A DNA stretch of 14,145 bases, from assembly GCA_045105515.1 (NCBI GenBank), contig JBGCDR010000357.1:1-14145 (forward strand), given 5' to 3'. Each line of letters starts with the position of its first letter. The stretch's first letter is position 1. Position numbers and translations under genes: made by a program. Positions 1 through 6,676 of this stretch are shown here, in pieces. The notes under the pieces are model-generated. The model had not been told where the DNA came from and made no database searches. It was given only the letters and a program-made list of their open reading frames with translations. The DNA is from Oligoflexales bacterium (GTDB lineage Bacteria > Bdellovibrionota_B > Oligoflexia > Oligoflexales > Bog-1112).

Positions 1-33
1 ATACCTTTGCTCATAAGTGAGATTGGCAGACAT
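1..33 (-). CDS. 5' fragment of a putative IS30-family transposase (MSANLTYEQRY...), truncated by the window edge
   Basis: Manual translation of the - strand from ATG at 33 gives MSANLTYEQRY, matching the 'LTxExRY' start of the IS30 N-terminal HTH. It is preceded by AGAAAGGGGTATTT. Only 11 codons are visible. Confidence 0.5.
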   Translation of the reverse strand, partial: MSANLTYEQRY

Positions 34-135
34 AAATACCCCTTTCTTGCAAGCAGATTAGCCTCATAGACTAAACTAAATCCGCCTTCCGAAGCGATGG
101 AATTTTTTCTTCTGCACTTAATCTAGCAATCCGCC
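1..135 (-). mobile_element. Probable left end of an IS30-family insertion sequence, running off the window edge
   Basis: The - strand from 135 reads GGCGGATTGCTAGATTAAGTGCAGAA, resembling the GGCGG...AAGTGCA terminal IRs I recall for IS30-family elements. About 100 nt inside are an SD-like AAGGGG and an ATG at 33. The right end is outside the window. Confidence 0.55.
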
Positions 136-467
136 TTATTAATAACCCGAATGACCAATCATACTTTTACACTAAATTGGTAAAATCTGAACTTGCCATA
201 AATTTCATTAGGGTTTTTTTTGAATACTCAGATTCTTTTAACGTCATTATTTCAAGTCCCAACGATACAAACTATGATTTTTTAGTGATGTTTACTATTC
301 TTGACCGAGAAAAATGAATTTTTTCTTATTATATTTTTCGTAAAAAAATACGACTCTATTGGTATCCCAAGCCCTGTTTGAGAAATCCATCATTTCTTTT
401 CTTGACAAAAAAACTAAGATCTATTACTTGCTTGGTGTTTTATTGTACTAAGACATTCGAGGTCAAT

Positions 468-839
468 ATGGTAAGGTTATTTCTTATTTTTGCAATTTTA
501 TTAATGACATCTATTTGCTTTGGTAAGTCCCATGCATTATCTTTTAGTATTGATGAACAAATCATTTTTTTTGATACTAAGGATCCCTACTTTCTAAAAT
601 CAAATAGTAAGCAAACATTATCGCAATTAGAATTTCGAGATCACTTAGATTCCTATGCCAAAGAAATGCTTAATCAAGCTTTGGAACCAGAATTTATACT
701 TTCTATCTTGAATCCCATTTTTACACTTTTTGAATATACAGAAACAGTCTATTTCGTTATCGAAAAATTCGATCTCAATGAATTTGACGCAATTAAGAGC
801 TGCGATCTAGATTGCAATGATTTAGAAAACTTTAAATAG
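468..839 (+). CDS. Small exported hypothetical protein (~123 aa)
   Basis: ORF 378..839. The ATG at 468, preceded by GAGG, is the better start and gives a signal-peptide-like N-terminus (MVRLFLIFAILLMTSICFG..SHA). No recognisable family. Confidence 0.6.
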   Translation: MVRLFLIFAILLMTSICFGKSHALSFSIDEQIIFFDTKDPYFLKSNSKQTLSQLEFRDHLDSYAKEMLNQALEPEFILSILNPIFTLFEYTETVYFVIEKFDLNEFDAIKSCDLDCNDLENFK

Positions 840-982
840 ATCAAACAGATCAGTTCACCGTTTAAAAACTTACTAAATTATTTCTACCTTGGCCTCATAT
901 TTGCTAACCACATTTAAAACCACAATATTTATAGATAGATAATAAATATTGAGATACAATATCAACAAATTCTCTTTCAGCG

Positions 983-1020
983 CGCAATAAAGAGCTCCTT
1001 TGGGGGGTCTTCTTATTGTG
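983..1020 (+). promoter_or_regulatory. Candidate ECF-type promoter / imperfect inverted repeat upstream of the RiPP precursor
   Basis: CGCAATAAAGAGCTCCTTTGGGGGGTCTTCTTATTGTG is a GC-richer island in an AT-rich spacer. CAATAA (985-990) pairs with TTATTG (1013-1018). It ends 32 nt before the precursor ATG of an operon that encodes its own ECF sigma. Confidence 0.35.
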
Positions 1021-1052
1021 TTCAACTTTTAACTTATGTTAAGGAACTTACC

Positions 1053-1397
1053 ATGGATCAGAAATTAAAAGGCCTCAAAGAATCGTTAATTGTTTCGACT
1101 TTCTCGCTAACTTTGTCCGGCGCAGCATTTGCTGAAGATATTGCAACTAAGAAAGCTAGCAAATTTCCAGATACGGTAAAAAATCCGACTCCAGGTGAGA
1201 TCATCGTCAAGTGTGCCGGGATTGCTAAAAAAGGAAAAAATCACTGTGGTGCAAATGGCCACTCATGCAATGGACAATCAGCAAAAGATCCTAAAATCAA
1301 GGACTTTGATAAAAATGAGTGGATCTATGTAAGAAAAGAAGTATGTGACGCCACTCCTGGAAAAATCGTCGGCAAGAAAAAAGTTGTAAAAGGTTAG
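1053..1397 (+). CDS. bufA: Bufferin-type RiPP precursor, DUF2282 / BufA1-like, Sec-exported
   Basis: Signal peptide ending AFA|E (27/28). The core KC54AGIAKKGKNHC65GANGHSC72NGQS..D..EWIYVRKEVC98 matches the DUF2282 pattern KCxGxAKxGxNDC...HSCxGQ...DxxEWxxVxxxxC. RBS AAGGAA. Directly upstream of a DUF692 gene. Confidence 0.9.
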   Translation: MDQKLKGLKESLIVSTFSLTLSGAAFAEDIATKKASKFPDTVKNPTPGEIIVKCAGIAKKGKNHCGANGHSCNGQSAKDPKIKDFDKNEWIYVRKEVCDATPGKIVGKKKVVKG

Positions 1398-1405
1398 ACA
1401 TAGGC

Positions 1406-2209
1406 ATGTTAGTAGAAAACTCCGTAGGCTTAGGCCTACGTTTCCAACATTTTGATGAAATCATCAGCAACACATCACAGACCCCATGGTTTGAGGTGAT
1501 TGCTGATGATTTTCTATCCTCTGGGCCTCATCATGAAAAGCTTCAAAAGCTAAGCGAAAATCATCCCATTGTCATGCATTCAGTAGGCTTGAATATTGGG
1601 GGCACTGAAGAATTTGATGAAAACATTCTAGAGAATTTTCGTTCAATATACGATACTTTTAATCCCCTATGGATTTCAGACCACCTTTGCTGGTCAGCCC
1701 ACAATGGTAATTATCACCATGATCTTTTACCAATTCCTAAAACAAAAGATGCTTTGCGCCATATATGTAAGCGCATAAAATATCTTCAAGACTATTTTTC
1801 GAGGTCAATTTGCATCGAGAATATAACTTCTTATATAAACTATAAAAATGAAGACTTTGATGAAATCAATTTTCTAAATCATATTGTTCAGGAAACTAAC
1901 TGTCGGATTCTACTAGATGTGACAAATGTTGTGATCAACCATAGTAATCGCGGACTTGATCCAAATGCTTATTTTGAGCGTTTTCCCTTAGAATTTGTCG
2001 AACAGATTCATTTAGCTGGAGGTGAAGCTGACGGAGGGCTAATCATAGATAGCCACAGTCAAGCAGTTAATAAGCAAGATATTGATTATCTAAAATCCCT
2101 GATTGAAAGAGGCCTAAAGGCGCCTATTTTACTAGAAAGAGATGCAAATATACCAGATTTTGAAGTGCTAGAAAATGAACGCCAGTTTATTGAAAAGGCA
2201 TTAAAATGA
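1406..2209 (+). CDS. bufB: Multinuclear non-heme iron-dependent oxidative enzyme (MNIO, DUF692), BufB-like maturase
   Basis: DUF692 motifs in order: GLGLR, WFEV, HSVGLNIG, SDHLCW, DLLPIP, IENITSY, LLDVTNV, QIHLAG, IDSHS, LLERD. Confidence 0.95.
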   Translation: MLVENSVGLGLRFQHFDEIISNTSQTPWFEVIADDFLSSGPHHEKLQKLSENHPIVMHSVGLNIGGTEEFDENILENFRSIYDTFNPLWISDHLCWSAHNGNYHHDLLPIPKTKDALRHICKRIKYLQDYFSRSICIENITSYINYKNEDFDEINFLNHIVQETNCRILLDVTNVVINHSNRGLDPNAYFERFPLEFVEQIHLAGGEADGGLIIDSHSQAVNKQDIDYLKSLIERGLKAPILLERDANIPDFEVLENERQFIEKALK

Positions 2210-2751
2210 GCTATAAAGATGCTATTAATTTACTTTCAACAGCCATTCTAAGCTTTGATCAAGAAATCGACCCAGCTTTACTGGATATGCTTGATGAACA
2301 TTCTCATGATAGGATCCAAGTATATCGTAAAAACTACTTCTTCGGAGCCTTCGAATCTCTATCATCTGATTTTGATTGCCTTAAGATACACTGTGATGAT
2401 AATAATTTCAGATATTTTATAAGAGATTTTCTTCTTAAGAATAATATACGTAGTATTAATATTAATGATTTATCCGAGAACTTTATATCCTATCTTGAGC
2501 TCTCCTATGATTTTCATCAAGACCCCTTACTCGTACCACTTGCAGTGATTGACCTTCTTTACAATAAAGGAGAGTTTCGCTCACAGACACGGGCAAGGGT
2601 TCCACATGGGATTTTTGACTATTGGTGTTTTTTGAAAAAGCAAAAGGACTCATATGAAGATATTGATATCCGCAATTTAGAAACAGTTGTAGTTATTGAA
2701 GATAAGGGCGAACGTTATTTAGGTAAGCTAGGAACAGCTAATGAAGTATAG
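2206..2751 (+). CDS. DUF2063 / BufC-like MNIO partner protein (short form)
   Basis: The N-terminal 'RIQVYRKNYFFGAFESLSSDF...F..F.R.F' fits the DUF2063 RxxVYRNN...L...F pattern. ATGA overlap with the DUF692 gene and the canonical position after it. Confidence 0.8.
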   Translation: MSYKDAINLLSTAILSFDQEIDPALLDMLDEHSHDRIQVYRKNYFFGAFESLSSDFDCLKIHCDDNNFRYFIRDFLLKNNIRSININDLSENFISYLELSYDFHQDPLLVPLAVIDLLYNKGEFRSQTRARVPHGIFDYWCFLKKQKDSYEDIDIRNLETVVVIEDKGERYLGKLGTANEV

Positions 2752-3196
2752 CCGAGATGAACTTAACGGTTTTTATAGGTATGCGCTGGCATTAACTAAC
2801 CACAGCAATGATGCCTATGATCTAGTACATGATGCGCTCATAAAAGTAGAGGGAAGACTACTTTTTAAACGTCAAGCTTATATTAGAATGGTGATCCGCA
2901 ATCACTATTTTGATACCCTTCGTAAGGGGTCTAAAAATGAATATGTCGAATCGGTCCCCGAGGAATCTTCCATAAACCTTGAAAACATGTTGGTAAATCA
3001 AATAGAAGTTGCCGGACTATTAGAGAAGATCACTCCGGAAGAACGCGAACTGATTTTTTTAATAGAAGTAGAGGGTAAAACATATAAAGAAGTTGCTAAG
3101 CAATTACGGGTAAACCAAGGAACTTTGCTATCCAAACTGCATAGAGTAAAGAAAAAGCTACAAAAATGGAGCAAAAAAAATGAAACAGCCTCTTAA
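2741..3196 (+). CDS. ECF (sigma-70 group 4) RNA polymerase sigma factor
   Basis: Region 2 'YRYALALT..SNDAYDLVHDALIK...RNHYFDTLRK' and region 4 'ITPEERELIFLIEVEGKTYKEVAKQL...GTLLSKLHRVKKKL'. 151 aa; overlaps both neighbours. Confidence 0.93.
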   Translation: MKYSRDELNGFYRYALALTNHSNDAYDLVHDALIKVEGRLLFKRQAYIRMVIRNHYFDTLRKGSKNEYVESVPEESSINLENMLVNQIEVAGLLEKITPEERELIFLIEVEGKTYKEVAKQLRVNQGTLLSKLHRVKKKLQKWSKKNETAS

Positions 3197-3743
3197 TAAA
3201 GCTCTGAAAGAATATTATTCTGGGGAACTAAGCGAGTCCCAATTGCAAAATTTACAAGAAACTGGCAATTCTAGGTTTAAATTGCGCATTCAGTGGGCCT
3301 TGTCTGGAGGCTTAGGATTTGTATTTGCTTCAATGTTGTTCTCCTTTATCTTCAATATAAATCAAGAACCTTTAGCATTACGCATAGCAAAAGAAGTGAG
3401 CTATAGCCACAACAAACAGATACCCTCAGAGATCTTAAATGACGACTATACTTTGGTTGGCAAATCTCTCAATCGCCTCGATTTTGCCATTAAAGTGAGT
3501 AGCAGAATAGGCGAAAAATATGCTCTAGTAGGAGGACGTTACTGCTCTATCCAAGGTCAGATTGCTGCCCAGCTAAAACTACAACCGGAAAATAATACAG
3601 CTGATTTAACACTATTTCAATTTAAAGTCCCAGATAGCTTTCAGCTATCTGAAGATATTCATACGGAACAGGTCGATGGAGTTGAGGTAAAAATTTGGAA
3701 AGAGGGTGCCATAGGTTTTGCCCTAGCAAAGACAGTACAATAA
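3180..3743 (+). CDS. Putative single-pass membrane anti-sigma factor
   Basis: Overlaps the ECF gene by 17 nt. Short cytoplasmic N-terminus, one TM segment (WALSGGLGFVFASMLFSFIF), then an extracytoplasmic domain with EVSYSH and LVGGRYCSIQG motifs. Confidence 0.7.
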   Translation: MKQPLNKALKEYYSGELSESQLQNLQETGNSRFKLRIQWALSGGLGFVFASMLFSFIFNINQEPLALRIAKEVSYSHNKQIPSEILNDDYTLVGKSLNRLDFAIKVSSRIGEKYALVGGRYCSIQGQIAAQLKLQPENNTADLTLFQFKVPDSFQLSEDIHTEQVDGVEVKIWKEGAIGFALAKTVQ

Positions 3744-3780
3744 TAAACAGCTGGAGAACAATCAATATCTATATCCTAGT

Positions 3781-4743
3781 TTATATTTTTCCCATTTTCC
3801 CATTTCTATAGTCATCAATCGCTTCAATGATTTCTTGCTCGGTATTCATCACAAAAGGCCCATGTGCTACCACCGGTTCATCAATAGGTTCTCCATTAAG
3901 AAGCAAACCCTTAAAGTCTTCAGAAATAGTAAAATTAAGCTCTCTTCCTTCGCGTTCAAAAATTAGTACATTCTGCTCTGAGAAGCTATTACCTTCTATT
4001 TCAATATTACCCTTCATGATCAAGAGGATCGTATTAGTACCCTCTTTTATAGGTAAGGAAATATTTTCTTTTACTTGACCACGAATATCGAACATATTGA
4101 TCGGAGTAAAAGTAGAAGCAGGTCCATTACTCCCAGCAAACTCACCTGAAATGATACGTAATGCTGCTTTATCACCTATCTTGATATTTGGAATATTTAG
4201 GTTCTTGATTTCTTGATACTTGGGTTCAGTCATCTTATATTTCTTGGGGAGGTTAACCCATAGCTGAACCATCTCAAGAAGACCTCCCTCTTTTGAGAAC
4301 TTTTTTGAATGATATTCTTGGTGAACTATCCCTTTACCAGCCGTCATCCACTGAACATCACCCTCCTTTATGACTCCGCCACCACCTGAAGAATCAAGAT
4401 GTTCTATCTCTCCTTGATAGGCTACTGTTACTGTTTCAAACCCCCGATGGGGATGTTCTCCAACTCCTCTCTGCATTTCAGTTTTAGAGAACATTTTTGG
4501 TGAAGCATAGTCCATCAGGATAAATGGACTTATATAATTGATTAATTCCTTCGATGGTCTTAATAGTCCATGAACATAAAAACCATCACCCACCCAATTC
4601 CTTTGCTTAACTTCATAAGCAAACTTTACTTGCTTATTCAACTGCTCTTTATTCACTAATTCCATTGCTCTTCCTCCAAAAGGGAAAACTCCTATCACAC
4701 CTAGAAGTCCATTTTTTATAATATCTCTTCTAAAATATTTCAT
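3781..4743 (-). CDS. Pirin-family protein (alternative start at 4665)
   Basis: PFILMDY, the metal-ligand motifs GEHPHRGFETVT and QWMTAGKGIVHQE, QLWVNLP, and C-terminal GEPIDEPVVAHGPFVMNT. Confidence 0.95.
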   Translation of the reverse strand: MKYFRRDIIKNGLLGVIGVFPFGGRAMELVNKEQLNKQVKFAYEVKQRNWVGDGFYVHGLLRPSKELINYISPFILMDYASPKMFSKTEMQRGVGEHPHRGFETVTVAYQGEIEHLDSSGGGGVIKEGDVQWMTAGKGIVHQEYHSKKFSKEGGLLEMVQLWVNLPKKYKMTEPKYQEIKNLNIPNIKIGDKAALRIISGEFAGSNGPASTFTPINMFDIRGQVKENISLPIKEGTNTILLIMKGNIEIEGNSFSEQNVLIFEREGRELNFTISEDFKGLLLNGEPIDEPVVAHGPFVMNTEQEIIEAIDDYRNGKMGKI

Positions 4744-5662
4744 GAGGCCCCTTTGGAATAATTCGATAAGGGTTTATGGTTTCGTGGCTATAATAGTAAT
4801 GCCTCTTAATATGGTCTAGATTAGTTGCATCTTTAATTGCAGGGATTTCGTATAACTCTTTGGTATAACGACTAAGATTTTTATAGTCTTTGATTCGCCT
4901 TATGTTGCATTTGAAATGGGTCACATAGACAATATCGAATCTCAACAACGTAGGAATCAACCTTAAATCAGCTTCGGTGATTTCATTACCAGTTAAGAAT
5001 CTTTTTTCACCCAAGATTTCATCCAGTTCATCAAGCGTATTGAATAAGAGACTAATAGCTTCATCATAGGATTCCTGAGTTTTAGCAAAGCCAGTTTTAT
5101 AGACTCCATTATTTACAGTGCCATATATTTTATTATTCATCTCATCAATCTGGCCTCTTTTATCTTCTGGATAAAAATCGATATTATTTCCAGTTAAGCT
5201 ATTGAAGCTGGTGTTAAACATGCGAATAATCTCAGCAGATTCATTATTGACTATGGTGCTGGTTTTCTTATCCCAGAGCACTGGAACAGTTACACTAGTA
5301 GTAATAGTAGGATCAGCCTTCTGATAGACTTCTCTGAGATACTTTGAACCAAAGAGATGATCTTCTGTCGCTCCCGGATATGAATTATCAAAAACCCATC
5401 CTTCATCAAGCATATCTGGATGCACAGCACTAACAGAAATATGCTCCTGGAGATTTTTAAGTTTTAGGTAAATCAATGTCCTAGTTGCCCAAGGACAAGC
5501 ATAGCTGATGTAAAGATGATACCGATTAGACTCTGGCTTATACTCTGGATGATCTAGGCTAATAAATTCTCTAAAAGTCCTTGGCAACCTATCGTAAGCT
5601 CCTTTGGTATCACTTTTTACGATGGAACCTTTTACCCACTCTCCATTGACTAACATTCCCAT
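4730..5662 (-). CDS. yqjG: Glutathionyl-hydroquinone reductase (YqjG/ECM4-like GST)
   Basis: MGMLVNGEW start, RYHLYISYACPWA active site, TVPVLWDKK..TIVNNESAEIIRM, NNGVYKTGFA, TEADLRL..TLLRFD.VY..HFKCN, HIKRHYY.SH. RBS AAGGAG. Confidence 0.95.
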   Translation of the reverse strand: MGMLVNGEWVKGSIVKSDTKGAYDRLPRTFREFISLDHPEYKPESNRYHLYISYACPWATRTLIYLKLKNLQEHISVSAVHPDMLDEGWVFDNSYPGATEDHLFGSKYLREVYQKADPTITTSVTVPVLWDKKTSTIVNNESAEIIRMFNTSFNSLTGNNIDFYPEDKRGQIDEMNNKIYGTVNNGVYKTGFAKTQESYDEAISLLFNTLDELDEILGEKRFLTGNEITEADLRLIPTLLRFDIVYVTHFKCNIRRIKDYKNLSRYTKELYEIPAIKDATNLDHIKRHYYYSHETINPYRIIPKGPHEIF

Positions 5663-5742
5663 ACTAAGCTCCTTTGGTGTGTTTTTTCAAAACTAGTCTA
5701 GCAACGTCTTCCCTTGCTTCCCACTACTACATGTATTGTCGG

Positions 5743-5803
5743 ACATTATTGATTGTTGCAATAGAGGACAAGATTGAGATATACTGTTGCATAAAAGGCA
5801 ACA
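5743..5803. promoter_or_regulatory. LysR-type operator boxes overlapping candidate divergent promoters
   Basis: Perfect dyad TGTTGC-N7-GCAACA at 5785-5803, containing T-N11-A. Weaker dyad TTGT-N11-ACAA at 5753-5771. Candidate + promoter TTGCAA(5756)-N18-TATACT(5780) and - promoter TTGTCC(5771)-N17-TAATGT(5748). Confidence 0.65.
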
Positions 5804-5809
5804 ATATAT

Positions 5810-6670
5810 ATGGACTATAATCTACTAAAAATATTCATAAAGGTTGCGGAATTAGGTAGTTTCACAAAAGCTGCGAAGATCTTAAACCAACCTAAATCTA
5901 GAGTTAGTAGAGCCATTACTAAACTTGAAGCCGAACTCGAAGTCGAGCTGATCAGACGAACAACACGTAAAACCTCACTCACGGATAATGGAAAAGAGTT
6001 CTTTCACAGTATTTCTCCATTGTTAGAAGCTCTAAACAGTGAGCTAGCAAAAGTTAGCAGCAAACAAGAAGAAATGTCTGGCGTTATTCGGATTACAGCA
6101 TCTCAAGATATTGGACAAACTTTAGTTGCCCAAGCCATCTCTATCTTCAATGCCAAATACCCTTTGGTTCAATTCCAGACATTTATAACCAACGACTTTT
6201 TAGATTTAACCAAAGAGAATATAGATATCGCTTTTAGAGCAGGGAAATTAAAGGATTCTAGCCTTATACAAAAAAAGATTTTAAGTGTTAATTTTGTCAT
6301 TGTCTGTTCTCCAATATATATAGAGAAGTATGGATCAATATCATCTACCAATGATCTCCTAAATCACAAATTTCTTTCCTTCAGGAAAATGGAACAAATT
6401 TTCTTTGACCAAAGCCTCCATATTAGGCCTTTGATGGTTTCTGATAGCATCCCTATGCTGTTAAATATGACCTTAAACCACGAAGGTATTTCGGCACTTC
6501 CAGACTATTTTTGCAAGGAACACTTAGAGAGGAAAGAACTTATTAAATTGATTCCGTCCTGGAAATCAAAGACAGAGAATATCCATATTTTATACCCTCC
6601 AAGTAAGAATATATCGCGGAAAGTACGGGCTTTCATTGAATTAGTTATTAGTCTTTTCGATGATAAATGA
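5810..6670 (+). CDS. LysR-family transcriptional regulator (CrgA/DmlR-like)
   Basis: HTH '[51 protein letters not shown]' and '[20 protein letters not shown]'. Divergent from yqjG-pirin. Confidence 0.96.
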   Translation: MDYNLLKIFIKVAELGSFTKAAKILNQPKSRVSRAITKLEAELEVELIRRTTRKTSLTDNGKEFFHSISPLLEALNSELAKVSSKQEEMSGVIRITASQDIGQTLVAQAISIFNAKYPLVQFQTFITNDFLDLTKENIDIAFRAGKLKDSSLIQKKILSVNFVIVCSPIYIEKYGSISSTNDLLNHKFLSFRKMEQIFFDQSLHIRPLMVSDSIPMLLNMTLNHEGISALPDYFCKEHLERKELIKLIPSWKSKTENIHILYPPSKNISRKVRAFIELVISLFDDK

Positions 6671-6676
6671 CATGGA

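Noticed and set aside
378..467. Upstream TTG start for the first ORF, and TTGACA at 402-407 as a sigma-70 -35
   Set aside because: ATG 468 has an SD and yields a clean signal peptide. No convincing -10 lies 16-18 nt after the TTGACA.
1053..2751. Reading the cluster as methanobactin-, chryseobasin- or TglA-type MNIO pathway
   Set aside because: The precursor is a signal-peptide-bearing four-Cys DUF2282-type protein with a DUF2063-like partner, which fits bufferins. No TonB receptor or PEARL gene is present.
3827..4078. 83-aa + strand ORF
   Set aside because: Wholly antisense to the conserved pirin gene; no motif or RBS.
6169..6351. 60-aa - strand ORF
   Set aside because: Antisense shadow inside the LysR gene.
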